IMG/VR virus record: IMGVR_UViG_3300020187_000010
Source: a virus
Strand: one strand, 5' to 3'
DNA length: 64,000 bases
Shown here: positions 1-10,355 of the stretch, piece by piece
Layout of the letters: each line of letters starts with the position of its first letter
How positions within the stretch are numbered: the stretch's first letter is position 1
Made by a program: the position numbers and the translations under genes
Notes under the pieces: generated by a model
What the model was told of the DNA's origin: nothing
Seen by the model: the letters and a program-made list of their open reading frames with translations, nothing else
The model's database searches: none

Positions 1-3000
1 AATTTCTTAGTTGCAATAATCTTACTTGAAGACGGAACGCCATTCACAGTAGGTCTCAACTCACAGAATACAGGAGCAGAAGAAGACTTACTTGCAAAGT
101 AAACATCAACAGATGTAATGAATACACCGGCAATTTGTTTAACCAAGAAGGTCTGCGCGATTGGATCGTTATATTCTAGTCTATTATTGGTATGTCTGTA
201 ATTGATACCACCTTTACCCTGTCGAGTAGTTCTTTCTACTGGAGTTAGGTCGGCATCAGTCACCGCACCGCCCGGAGGAACTGTAGTGTCTGTTACATGA
301 TCTACCGGAGTGATTTGGTTGAGATAATTTACCTCAGAAGTTTCACCAACATGTTCTGTAGATGATGTGGTATCACCGACCAGAGTAGAATATGTTTCGG
401 TAGATACTACATCTGTAGCAATTTCTGTCGAGATAACAGATTCAGTCCATACAGTTGAACTTGAAGCAATTGTTCTATCAACATCACTGGTACTGTTACC
501 TACGATTTTAAGTACGCGAGTTACTTCGACTTCATCTTCATACTCTTCGAGAACACCTTTAGAGTGGAACATTGCTCTACCATAAGACATTGCAGCACTG
601 AAGTCATTGACATTTACGTCAAGTAATGCAAACTCACGAGGCCCTGTGTAGAAACGCATTGCTTGGTTGTTAGGTACTTCGAACGAACCAATAATACTAC
701 CTTCTGCGTCAGATATAAGGTTGGTCTTACCAGAACTATGTTCTTGGGTAGTACGTTGAACACCTTCACCATCTTCAGTACTTTTAGATGCAAGGTAATT
801 GCGTTGAGCCCAAGTACTGAACGTAGTCTGTTCCCTACAGAAAGAAGATACGTTAGAACCATCAAAGAATGGGAAGTACTGTGTATTAGGACGCAGACCT
901 TCAGCTTTGAATTGAATATCAATCGAACGCATGAAAGGAATGACCGATACATCGATAACCTTTTTACCAACTACGTCACGAATAGTAGACTCACTCGCAA
1001 TACGGTTTACTGTATTGGAAGTTGTTGTTGTTGTTGTGGTATCCGTAGTAGACTCATACGCATTTTCAGTTTCGATTGTGCGTGTGGTTTCATAAGTAGA
1101 TGTGTTAACAGTCTTAACTTTATCTCTAGTTTCGGTAGTAACAACATCCCACATATCAGTGGTAATTTGTTCGGCAGTCCAAGGGTTGTAATAACCATAT
1201 GAATAAGAACCTGTTCCACCTAAGCCAAAGTAAGAACCAGACCAGTTACCAGTCCAACCACCCCAATAGTTATGGTTCCACCAAGAATCTATTACTGTAC
1301 GTGAGATTTCTTCTTCACGTTCACGTGATACTTCTACAGTTTCGGTATAAAGAGTTTCAACATCAGTCACATGACCGACTTCAACCCACTCACCGAGAGT
1401 TTCGGTTGTCTCGGTACCAATAAGAACAGGATCTGAACTATTGTGTGTTATCGAAGTTGCGGTACCACTTACAAATGAAGTTGCAGCATCACCAGCTTCT
1501 AGGTCAGAAGGATCTACACCAAACCATTCGTTCTCGGAGTTGTTCCAGTTCAATGCGTGTTTGAGGTCAAATTCACTTGAACGACCCACAACAGTTTCAC
1601 CAATCTTCTGAGTCTCTTTCCAAGAATCAGTTTCCGGAGAAAGTTCTACACTACCGACAATGGTAGGAACATAGAAAGGTGCGAGGTTTTCTGTACCAGA
1701 AGCGAGTTCTTGCGCTTCATATGCAATTTCGGTATGGTTCAACATAACGAAGTCACCGAATACACCGGTACGTAGTTGACCGACATGATCACTGTCATAG
1801 AAAAGATCTGCACAGTCTTCTACAAAAGTAGGACGTAACAGTTTACCTCTCTTGTCAATCGCAGCACGATATTCAGGAGACTTAGTTTGAGAATGAGAAT
1901 GTGACTTGAAGTTGTCTACAAAGAATCCAGACTTAGCACGATCATTACCCGCAGAATCCAAAACATTCATCATTTTAGTATTCAATTCGAGAAGTGACAA
2001 TGTAGTCATTTCTTCAAGACGATCAACTTTCTCTTCTAGTTTGTTGATGTCCTGCATCGTATAACCCTTACGTGGAATAAGAGTTGTTCTCAAATCCTGA
2101 GTGTGCATGGTATTAGCATTCAGTCTCAGTTTATAAAGATCAATACAATCCACAGGAACATCAGGGTATTTCGGACTTAACGAAGAAGAACCGGTGATAT
2201 AACGAAGTTCACCTTGTTTAGATATTACCAGACGGTCTGCACGAGGTAAGTAGTATTCGGCATCTGTAGTGATAGTATCAGTAGGTACCGGAAGAGGACA
2301 AATTGAACCAGCAGAAAATGAACCAGAACCATCAGTTGAAGGACGGAAGTCGATTGCATCACGTAGTGACAGAAGACCACCATCAGGCAATTTCTGGCCA
2401 GGAACTTTAAGATAATCCAATTGACCATCATAAGAGTTCACAGCATAGAACTGCCCACTTACCGAAGGTTCGAAATACTTATATCGTACAAATACGGATT
2501 GATCTGCACTATCAAAACCACCACCAGAATAGATTAATCTACTGTCATCTTGGTGAGTAGTACGGTTACCCGCATCGAATAAGAAACTGGTGAATACATC
2601 TTCACCATCAGAATCATTAAGAGATACACGTTGAATACTATAGACATCAGATTTACCGAGAGGAAGGAAATATACACCTGCGCCATCAGAGTCTAATGAA
2701 GCAGTTACCACGGTTTCTGTCAGTGTCTTTGTTTTAACACTTGCGTTAGTTTTTCTTATGAATACAATTGCTTCATATGCAACACCATTCGACAACCCAC
2801 TGAACAAAATGTCTGTGTTTCCGGATTGGATATTTGATGCAACACTTGAAGGTGCAAACTCAGTTGCAGAAGCAACAAGGATATCACTTTCATTAACAAA
2901 ACGTTCACCAGCATCGGTCAGTGTGATTGTGTGACTAGTACCAGAAGCCGTAAAGTTGTACTTCTTCATAAATGTCATAGTGACATCAGTGAAAGACTTG

Positions 3001-4484
3001 GGTCGTCTTAATGGAGTATCAAACAGTAAAGCATTTTTCTTAGGTTCATGTACAATACTTCCGCCATTACCTGTTACTTGAACAAGGTTTATGTAGTGAG
3101 TATTGGTCGAAGATTTAATAGATTTGACATCACGTAAACTATAATTATAGTTATCTCGTTGGATGTCGAATAAATGTGCCTTGTATAAAGGTGGTCTCAC
3201 ATAGGTGTATCCACCAGTACGAAGTCCGGTGGAACCTTCGGTCAATGCACGAATGTGTGCAGTACCGATTGCACTATCTGCACCATCAAAACCCGCATAT
3301 AATGTCACCTCTTCGCAAGTATCAATATCCAACATACCAACACCACTATCGAAATAGTAGTAGTTCCCGTAGTCGATACCAATCTGTTCTTCTTCTCTTG
3401 CAATAGTGTCTCTTGCTTTAGGAATCGGTATATTGCGAGTAGAAGTAGTTGCAGCTCTATATCCATCGATATATGCTGTGCCTGGATCTACCTTCAACAT
3501 CAATGTAGATGATGCGTTTGTACCATTAGGTTCTACGCGAAGTTTCCAATACTTCTGGATGAAGTCTCCATTAATCTCTCGGACACGTGTAGCAACGTGA
3601 TTCCGGACTCTATTGAAACCTTCATCATCAGATTGTTGATCGACTAATCTACCACCTTCGATACGACCGAAATACACGAAGGTATCTCCGGTCACCATCT
3701 GGTCTCGTCTAATCAGTTCTAATCGAATACGGTATCTGTCTGCGCCAGGCGAAGCACGGTTAGGAGTTACATTTTGATTGTCATACAGTGCATCAGTATC
3801 GGATACTGTTATAATGTCTTGAATAACTTTAAAACCAATATCTGCTGTCTGGAAATTCTTATACTTATCAAGGAATAGACTCTGTTTAGGACAGAATACA
3901 AAGTGTCCTTGAACATAAAATTCTGATTGTCCAACTTCAACCTGAGAACCATATCCGACTGCCGGATTGGTAGATGTGTTGATTGTTTGAACTGTTAAGT
4001 TAATGTTAGACCCGTTGGAGAGTACTTCGCCAGGCGTAACAAAGGTACTAGTAGTAAGTGGTAGACTAGGACTCTGTGTATTTGGATTGTCCAAGTACTG
4101 GACAAAAAGAGTATCAGGGTCACTGTTCACAGAAGCAACTGCTTCATAGATCTTGACTTTGATACTCGAATCCGCACCAGTTAACACGACACCCTTCAAT
4201 GCACTTACAGTATCAAAAGAGTTATTTTGATCGTTCTCTATTTTGATGAACGCATAATGGTTGTTAGGTGCAACACCACCAGCTTTAGTAGGAACACCAT
4301 CCTTTTGGAATATGTTATCAGCAAACCTTTTAATTTCTTTTTGGATGATGGTCTGCATCTGTGTAAGTTCACGTGCTTGCAATGCACGACCGGCATTGAA
4401 CAAGATACGTGAGTAATTATCACTATCCGCGTGATCATCCTTGTAGGTTGATCTGAATGTTTGTTCTGTAAATGTGTTTGGCAT
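1..4484 (-). CDS. Large virion structural protein, VrlC/DUF4815-like (3'-truncated by the window edge; absent from the ORF track)
   Basis: ATG at 4484 reads MPNTFTEQTFRSTYKDDHADSDNYSRILFNAGRALQARELTQMQTIIQ; later APGADRYRI, KSGFFVDNF, FKAEGLRPNT and DPIAQTF...GVFITSVDVYF motifs typical of this T4-like family; sampled segments are all in one frame. Confidence 0.85.
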   Translation of the reverse strand, partial: MPNTFTEQTFRSTYKDDHADSDNYSRILFNAGRALQARELTQMQTIIQKEIKRFADNIFQKDGVPTKAGGVAPNNHYAFIKIENDQNNSFDTVSALKGVVLTGADSSIKVKIYEAVASVNSDPDTLFVQYLDNPNTQSPSLPLTTSTFVTPGEVLSNGSNINLTVQTINTSTNPAVGYGSQVEVGQSEFYVQGHFVFCPKQSLFLDKYKNFQTADIGFKVIQDIITVSDTDALYDNQNVTPNRASPGADRYRIRLELIRRDQMVTGDTFVYFGRIEGGRLVDQQSDDEGFNRVRNHVATRVREINGDFIQKYWKLRVEPNGTNASSTLMLKVDPGTAYIDGYRAATTSTRNIPIPKARDTIAREEEQIGIDYGNYYYFDSGVGMLDIDTCEEVTLYAGFDGADSAIGTAHIRALTEGSTGLRTGGYTYVRPPLYKAHLFDIQRDNYNYSLRDVKSIKSSTNTHYINLVQVTGNGGSIVHEPKKNALLFDTPLRRPKSFTDVTMTFMKKYNFTASGTSHTITLTDAGERFVNESDILVASATEFAPSSVASNIQSGNTDILFSGLSNGVAYEAIVFIRKTNASVKTKTLTETVVTASLDSDGAGVYFLPLGKSDVYSIQRVSLNDSDGEDVFTSFLFDAGNRTTHQDDSRLIYSGGGFDSADQSVFVRYKYFEPSVSGQFYAVNSYDGQLDYLKVPGQKLPDGGLLSLRDAIDFRPSTDGSGSFSAGSICPLPVPTDTITTDAEYYLPRADRLVISKQGELRYITGSSSLSPKYPDVPVDCIDLYKLRLNANTMHTQDLRTTLIPRKGYTMQDINKLEEKVDRLEEMTTLSLLELNTKMMNVLDSAGNDRAKSGFFVDNFKSHSHSQTKSPEYRAAIDKRGKLLRPTFVEDCADLFYDSDHVGQLRTGVFGDFVMLNHTEIAYEAQELASGTENLAPFYVPTIVGSVELSPETDSWKETQKIGETVVGRSSEFDLKHALNWNNSENEWFGVDPSDLEAGDAATSFVSGTATSITHNSSDPVLIGTETTETLGEWVEVGHVTDVETLYTETVEVSREREEEISRTVIDSWWNHNYWGGWTGNWSGSYFGLGGTGSYSYGYYNPWTAEQITTDMWDVVTTETRDKVKTVNTSTYETTRTIETENAYESTTDTTTTTTTSNTVNRIASESTIRDVVGKKVIDVSVIPFMRSIDIQFKAEGLRPNTQYFPFFDGSNVSSFCREQTTFSTWAQRNYLASKSTEDGEGVQRTTQEHSSGKTNLISDAEGSIIGSFEVPNNQAMRFYTGPREFALLDVNVNDFSAAMSYGRAMFHSKGVLEEYEDEVEVTRVLKIVGNSTSDVDRTIASSSTVWTESVISTEIATDVVSTETYSTLVGDTTSSTEHVGETSEVNYLNQITPVDHVTDTTVPPGGAVTDADLTPVERTTRQGKGGINYRHTNNRLEYNDPIAQTFLVKQIAGVFITSVDVYFASKSSSAPVFCELRPTVNGVPSSSKIIATKK

Positions 4485-4493
4485 TTCTTAATC

Positions 4494-5864
4494 CTAGATA
4501 GTAATTACGATTTTCAGGTCTTCGGTTTGATCGGTGGATCGCGTTACAGCTGAACGGTTATCAATATATAGTAGATCCCCAGTGTACGGATTAAACTCAC
4601 CGTCTACTTTACTGGTTATCGAACCGTTAATATTTGTGTTACCTACCACCTGAATTTCTTCTGCAACTTGGAAGGAAGTGAATCCAGTTGTTTCGTTTTG
4701 ATGATACCAGATTGTATCCGAATCATTAGTGTTGTCGATGATTGCAACTGCGCCAGAAGTAACACCTTGAATCTGAGATTTTTGCACAATAGACTTGACA
4801 AATCCTGATCCATCGTGTATAATACTATTAAGTGCCAGAGCGGAAGTAGATGTAAGTAAAACACCTTCTGCACTATCAACTCTTGGATTGCGTACCAATA
4901 ACACTTGACGGAATATCTCGTCACCAGTAATAAAGTCACCGTTTTCAATACCATCTGGTTTGGAGTTAAACATAACACCATTTGCCTTCAGGTCAATAAC
5001 AGGATTAGATCCAACACCAGATGCTTGTCCCAATACAGGACGAACAATACAAGAGTCACCACCACCACCAGAAATTAATACGTTTGCATAGTCGTAACCA
5101 CTACCAAAGTAAGAGTTGCCCGAGTTACCCGCAGAGTCGGCCTTGACCTTGATGTCTACGATAGTCTCACCCGCACGTACCGCATAAGCAATCGCACCAG
5201 TACCATTACCTACGATACTTACCGAAGGTGCAGATGTATAACCAGATCCACCATTAGTTACTTTATAACCAACGATTTGTCCTTTTACCGCAGCGTTCTG
5301 GACTAGTTGTTGTTGTAGATCTTCGGCAGGAGAATCCGAGTCGGTTGAACCAACAAATCTTACAGGCATATATGCAGATGACAAAAACTTATCTGCACGT
5401 AATGCACCGATAGAGTAAAGGAACTTCCACGTGTAACCATCCGCAGTACGGAATGGTGTACCGGTAGTGTTACCAGTAGGTTGGTTGGTAGATAACTGCG
5501 AAGAACCATCCTGTTTCTTACCCTGTTCCAAACAGATGTAAATCTCGTTATTCGAGTTGATTACATAGAAAGGATTCTCGGGGAAACCTACATCGTTATC
5601 ATCATATGCAGAGTAGATAAGGTTAGCAACCCATATTCTACGTGGAATTACATATGAGGCATCTTCGATGAGTTTTGCAGATTGCAAAGAATTTCTTGCC
5701 TGTCTGACAGAACGTGAATCATTAGTAGGAACAGTCGCAAGATCAGAAGCATTCCAATCTTCGGATCTACCAATGGCCGCATAGTATCTTACAGAAGAAG
5801 AGTCCAAGTCCGTAAGAAGATCATCTAAGACCTGTTTTTTAAATTGATCGGTAATTACTGGCAT
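4494..5864 (-). CDS. gp8: Baseplate wedge subunit gp8-like
   Basis: YYAAIGR, FYVINSNNEIYICL, ADGYTWKFLYSI and C-terminal LLYIDNR..TR...QTEDLKIVI motifs; synteny. Confidence 0.85.
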   Translation of the reverse strand: MPVITDQFKKQVLDDLLTDLDSSSVRYYAAIGRSEDWNASDLATVPTNDSRSVRQARNSLQSAKLIEDASYVIPRRIWVANLIYSAYDDNDVGFPENPFYVINSNNEIYICLEQGKKQDGSSQLSTNQPTGNTTGTPFRTADGYTWKFLYSIGALRADKFLSSAYMPVRFVGSTDSDSPAEDLQQQLVQNAAVKGQIVGYKVTNGGSGYTSAPSVSIVGNGTGAIAYAVRAGETIVDIKVKADSAGNSGNSYFGSGYDYANVLISGGGGDSCIVRPVLGQASGVGSNPVIDLKANGVMFNSKPDGIENGDFITGDEIFRQVLLVRNPRVDSAEGVLLTSTSALALNSIIHDGSGFVKSIVQKSQIQGVTSGAVAIIDNTNDSDTIWYHQNETTGFTSFQVAEEIQVVGNTNINGSITSKVDGEFNPYTGDLLYIDNRSAVTRSTDQTEDLKIVITI

Positions 5865-5877
5865 TTTTTATATATTC

Positions 5878-6879
5878 CTACGAAGTTGTTACGTTATCAG
5901 TTTTATTTATCACAATCCACTGAGTCCCAAACCACATCAAAGTAACAGATTCGTTCTGTGGTAGTATAAGACTTGCATACGCAGCAAGATTACTTGAAGT
6001 TTCGTTAATAGTTTGTGTACCCGCACCTTTATTAACAAGATATTTAACTTCACCATTTAGTCCAGATGTACCACTCGCTAAACTGTGTGCACCGGTAGTA
6101 CTATTGGTGAATAATGTTATTGGTGAATTTGCACTTACAGTACCACCACCTGTCGAAATACCCTGTGTTTTTAATACAAGTTTAGAGTCAACTTTAACTC
6201 CACCATTACCCGAACCCTTGAGTGATAGTGCGGAGTTTGGTTCACCCGCAGCTTGCACTATTGCAGGTACGCTAGTGGGGGAGTTACCAATTCGAATAAA
6301 GTTTGTTGCAGAACCGGAGTCTTGGAATTGTATTAATTCGTTACCCGCACTATCAAGAATCTCTTTACCGATAACCGGAGAGTTAAGAGTAGGATTCTGA
6401 AGTGTCTTGTTCTTTAATATTGCGGTGTGGTCATTAAATACAAAAGTATCTGCCGCACCCAACAGTGGTAATGTAATTGTTCTATTCGCAGCCAACTCAT
6501 TCACTGCAACCACATATCTGTGATTCGATGAAGTGTCATTAATCTGTGGGGTAGTCAAAATAGGACTTAGTAAAGTCTTGTTAGACAATGTTTGTGTTGC
6601 AGAGTCCATAACCAATGCACCAGAATAGTTCGGTATTGTAACCGTGTTATCTGCTGTTGGGTTAGCGACTTGCAAACGAGTCTCAAAATTGTTCTCGACA
6701 GATCCTTCGAATATAATACCCGAAGAGTCAAAGTCGATCAACGCCATCAGAGATGCACCATCTCCAAGTTTGCTGTAGATCTCTTGGAAGTTTTGTTCAA
6801 TCTTCAACGATGCAGTACGAAGTGTATCACCCGTACCATCGTTCGCGATTGTGCCTCTGTTTAATACTTGTCTAGTCAT
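5878..6879 (-). CDS. gp9: Baseplate wedge/tail-fibre connector with gp9/gp10-like N-terminus
   Basis: N-terminal ANDGTGDTLRTASLKIEQNFQEIY motif; TLSNKTL-type fibre repeats. Confidence 0.7.
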   Translation of the reverse strand: MTRQVLNRGTIANDGTGDTLRTASLKIEQNFQEIYSKLGDGASLMALIDFDSSGIIFEGSVENNFETRLQVANPTADNTVTIPNYSGALVMDSATQTLSNKTLLSPILTTPQINDTSSNHRYVVAVNELAANRTITLPLLGAADTFVFNDHTAILKNKTLQNPTLNSPVIGKEILDSAGNELIQFQDSGSATNFIRIGNSPTSVPAIVQAAGEPNSALSLKGSGNGGVKVDSKLVLKTQGISTGGGTVSANSPITLFTNSTTGAHSLASGTSGLNGEVKYLVNKGAGTQTINETSSNLAAYASLILPQNESVTLMWFGTQWIVINKTDNVTTS

Positions 6880-6907
6880 TCTCTTTTTACCTAAAGATTA
6901 TATGTTC

Positions 6908-6915
6908 TATTTATA
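6908..6915 (-). promoter_or_regulatory. T4-type late promoter TATAAATA
   Basis: Exact TATAAATA on the - strand just upstream of the gp9-like start. Confidence 0.75.
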
Positions 6916-8025
6916 CTAATAATTGTTATCTATTACTTCACGGAGAGAAATTTCTCCATCAGAATCTCCGACCGGAGTCTGGAATAGATTATTATCAGAA
7001 TCTATACGAGAAACCTGTGGGTTCCACGTGAAGGTTTCTTGATCTATACTTTCTGTAGATGATAAATCGAATCCAGAGTAAGTAGTTGAACCGTCACTAT
7101 CATCATCCAACGTTGGGGAATCAGGCGTGAGGTATTCACCAAGACTTGAATACAGTCTATCGAGGTTATCGATTGTAAGATCTTGCACGTCATTCAGGTC
7201 ATTACCCATAGGTATACCCAGATACAATTCACTTGAGTCTCTGGCCAGGCCTGCACTACTACCCATATTTGTTCGGAACTTCAAAGTTCCTCCTTCATCG
7301 GTCGCACCAAAGTCGAATAGTGCGGTATGTTGTTGGAAACCAAGTGGTGATAATCCACCAATACCTTCCAATACAATCGGTGGTTTGATTGCTTCGCCCG
7401 GATCATACTGTAACTGATCTATTGATGCAGTACCTACGATTTGAGTGAGACCACCAAGGTACATACCGGCAGGATGCACCATGAGTTTATATGCATCACG
7501 CCATTGCGCAAGAGAAAGTTCTGATCTAATCTGTATTGCGTAGGTTTGATATAGTTTATTGTCAGTAAGGTACCTTGCACTCTCTGCACCAACCTTAGAC
7601 TCATTCAACTTGAATATGTATTGTTTTGTGTAAACAACATCTGGTTCAATGTCAAAGAAAGTTTTAAAGAATTGTCGAATACTGTATCTAGTACCTTTGG
7701 CACGATACAGATAACTTGAGTATTTTACTGCGGTTCTTTTATCAACAAACCCTTGAAAGTAATTCTGACCTAACAGATACTCATCTTCAAAATAAGTAAG
7801 AAGATCCAAATCTGTTTGTGACACATCTCGCGTCTCGAACATGTTGTTCAAAAAACGAGTCAACGAATCTTCTTGATTCTCAAAGTCAAAGTAGGCCTTG
7901 ATGAAACTTACAAACTTAGGATACTCTGCAAGGATATGCGAAGGTAAGACGGACTCGATCTGATCCGCTCTCAGATTGATGTCACGTCTTGTAGTATCTT
8001 TATGTGTTTTATCGAATATTGACAT
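6916..8025 (-). CDS. Baseplate wedge protein, short gp7-like
   Basis: LP..I..EYPKFVSFIKAYF, YRAKGT..SI..FF and YQTYAIQIRS...WRDAYKLMVHPAG motifs; follows gp6. Confidence 0.65.
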   Translation of the reverse strand: MSIFDKTHKDTTRRDINLRADQIESVLPSHILAEYPKFVSFIKAYFDFENQEDSLTRFLNNMFETRDVSQTDLDLLTYFEDEYLLGQNYFQGFVDKRTAVKYSSYLYRAKGTRYSIRQFFKTFFDIEPDVVYTKQYIFKLNESKVGAESARYLTDNKLYQTYAIQIRSELSLAQWRDAYKLMVHPAGMYLGGLTQIVGTASIDQLQYDPGEAIKPPIVLEGIGGLSPLGFQQHTALFDFGATDEGGTLKFRTNMGSSAGLARDSSELYLGIPMGNDLNDVQDLTIDNLDRLYSSLGEYLTPDSPTLDDDSDGSTTYSGFDLSSTESIDQETFTWNPQVSRIDSDNNLFQTPVGDSDGEISLREVIDNNY

Positions 8026-9872
8026 TAGTTACTCGCTGTGGTACGTAAACCTTTCGCACTTAATCTCGTATTATCATAATCTAGAATGTATTCTCTCTGT
8101 GGTACTATAGCACTTGCGTTAGCAGGAGTACATGAAAGTTTGATCAACTTCGATTCGTCCGACTTAAATCCTACAAGATTGATGATACCAGAACCGGATT
8201 CGTAGAAACCGATGTTGTCGGACTTCACGTCACCTGTACCAACATCAATGATCTGGAGTTTGTTTGTGGTCAGAAGATTTCTAATCTTACAGTTTAATGA
8301 TTGTCCACCAAAGGTACGTTTGAACGTAGAAGATTCTATAATGAAGTTCACATCATCCGGATTGGCGATAGGAGAAGGAAAACTAAATTTGAAATCCTGT
8401 TCTACACCAGCCGAAGGCGTGAAACGTTGTTGCATCTTCACATCTGCGCGAGATGATAGAATAGCAGGACTCACGTCATCCACCAAAGTCAATAAGTTAG
8501 ACCTACGGAATGCCTGTCCAAACTTACCGGTATTGGTCGAGAAGTAATCTAGCATTACACCTTTAACTTGTTCTTGAAGTGCATTGATCGACAAGTTAGT
8601 ATAGTCCGGATTGTATTGGAAGAAGACATTGGTTTCGACAAAAGTCTCTACCGGATCAGTAAATTGTAATCCAAACGAAGCAATAGAAAGTTGATCGACC
8701 AACACTCTGATATCGTCTTTAGTGATATCTTCTAGGGATTGTGTAACATCCCCTTTGAATTTTATTGACAGGAAAGTCTGACCATATTCTGGTTGAAGAT
8801 TGTCTTCTCCACCCCATGCGATAATGTCTTCGATCAATGCACCATATGAACGTAACACCAAGTTAGCATAGTCAACGTGTGTTACCATTCTATTCTGTGT
8901 TGCATATCGGAATGGCGCATTTCGTCTAATAGAATCCAATGTTTCTTTATTAGTACCACCAACAGATCTATTGACTGTTGATACTACAGGTAATCTTTGT
9001 AGACCACTACCACTAGTCGGTTCGGTCACTTCTACCGTATTAAGGGGTTCGAATAATCGTCCACCATTTGCATTCGCACCATCTACCGAGAGATACTCAA
9101 CTGTGATCTTTGCACCAGCTTTAGGTACCGCACCAAGTGTGGAACCATTACCAAAGGTTAACTCATAGTAACCATTTGGTGCTTCCTTTAGAATGTATGC
9201 AGGAGTGGTTGCAGTTATATTAGTTGCGGTTTCTAGATTGACATAAGTGGTAAAGTCATCCGAAGTCGAACTCTCGTATATCTTAACTACCGCAGTCGCA
9301 CGGTCAAGGTTAAGATCGGGAATGATGTACATAGTTTCTTCTGCATCTTCCCCTGCAAAGAAAGTTTTAGTCTTTGCAACACCTTCGTAAATAGGGATAC
9401 TGGTAGAACCCGACAGTGTTGTGAACTGGAAGAAGTTGTTACCATCATTAGTAGCCTGAATCAATTCCTGAGTCTGGAATGTATAAGACGCATCATCAAT
9501 AGCTGCGGTAAACTTATATCCAGATGCAATCTGTAGAGTTTCGGGTACATCTGATTGATCGATACCAATGTTGAAAGACATGTTGATATTTGCTTGTGCC
9601 GCAGTTTTTGACTGTGGTACATAACCCAGTGTCTCTGCGTGTGATACGACCGAAGATCTCAACTGTGCAGTATTCAAGAATGATTCATTCAATGCCATAT
9701 TTGCAGTGAGACCATTCAAATGCGTATTGTAAGCCAATACATCCAATAGATTAGATATACCAGACGCTTCGAAGTCATAGTCCGAAAACTCCGACTGTTG
9801 TTTTAAATATGTCTTTAGATTGTTTTTGATTGCATCAAAATCTAAAGATGAGGAGTTAATAGTCGTTGCCAT
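8025..9872 (-). CDS. gp6: Baseplate wedge subunit gp6
   Basis: LDFDAIKNNLKTYL..FSDYDFEASG..LLDVLAYNTH..ESFL..A.LRSSVVS.A..LGY.P; TQNRMVT..DY. Confidence 0.93.
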   Translation of the reverse strand: MATTINSSSLDFDAIKNNLKTYLKQQSEFSDYDFEASGISNLLDVLAYNTHLNGLTANMALNESFLNTAQLRSSVVSHAETLGYVPQSKTAAQANINMSFNIGIDQSDVPETLQIASGYKFTAAIDDASYTFQTQELIQATNDGNNFFQFTTLSGSTSIPIYEGVAKTKTFFAGEDAEETMYIIPDLNLDRATAVVKIYESSTSDDFTTYVNLETATNITATTPAYILKEAPNGYYELTFGNGSTLGAVPKAGAKITVEYLSVDGANANGGRLFEPLNTVEVTEPTSGSGLQRLPVVSTVNRSVGGTNKETLDSIRRNAPFRYATQNRMVTHVDYANLVLRSYGALIEDIIAWGGEDNLQPEYGQTFLSIKFKGDVTQSLEDITKDDIRVLVDQLSIASFGLQFTDPVETFVETNVFFQYNPDYTNLSINALQEQVKGVMLDYFSTNTGKFGQAFRRSNLLTLVDDVSPAILSSRADVKMQQRFTPSAGVEQDFKFSFPSPIANPDDVNFIIESSTFKRTFGGQSLNCKIRNLLTTNKLQIIDVGTGDVKSDNIGFYESGSGIINLVGFKSDESKLIKLSCTPANASAIVPQREYILDYDNTRLSAKGLRTTASN

Positions 9873-10321
9873 TATCGTAACCTATTCAGTCTGGTTGTAA
9901 ATTCTACGGATTGACTAGAATTTACGATGTTAAAAATTATCGTAAGTGTAACACTGTTTCCGTTCTCATCTACTTCGGGAATTACTTGTAGAGTTTCGGA
10001 ATTTATTCTTGGTTCGAAAACACGAATATTCTGTATAATCGCATTCTGCATTTGATTGATTGTGCCTTGATCCATCAACTCAAAAAGATAACTATTGAGG
10101 TTCGCACCAAAGTATGGAGAAAAAGGTTTCTCGGTGCGGTTGGTCATCAATAAGTTTTTCAAAGATTGTGTGACAGATGATACCGCAGTTTTCTTATACA
10201 CGTCACCGGCACCCTTCGCTGCAAACGAAAGGTCAATGTCGATATACTCATTGTTCGATGTCGATTTGACAGTTGAAAAGTTTCCTAATCCCCCGTCTTC
10301 TATAGAAAATGCTCTAGCCAT
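9872..10321 (-). CDS. gp25: Baseplate wedge subunit gp25
   Basis: YIDIDLSF, SLKNLLMT...EKPF.PYFG..L..YLFE, FEPRI. Confidence 0.9.
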   Translation of the reverse strand: MARAFSIEDGGLGNFSTVKSTSNNEYIDIDLSFAAKGAGDVYKKTAVSSVTQSLKNLLMTNRTEKPFSPYFGANLNSYLFELMDQGTINQMQNAIIQNIRVFEPRINSETLQVIPEVDENGNSVTLTIIFNIVNSSQSVEFTTRLNRLR

Positions 10322-10347
10322 TTGTCTTTCCTAAAATATTATAGTTC

Positions 10348-10355
10348 TATTTATA
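10348..10355 (-). promoter_or_regulatory. T4-type late promoter TATAAATA
   Basis: Exact motif upstream of gp25; same GTATAAATAGAAC context as the 6908 copy. Confidence 0.75.

Noticed and set aside
367-4438. Short ORFs listed in the track across 1-4.4 kb
   Set aside because: Antisense or off-frame shadows of the single long minus-strand VrlC-like ORF.
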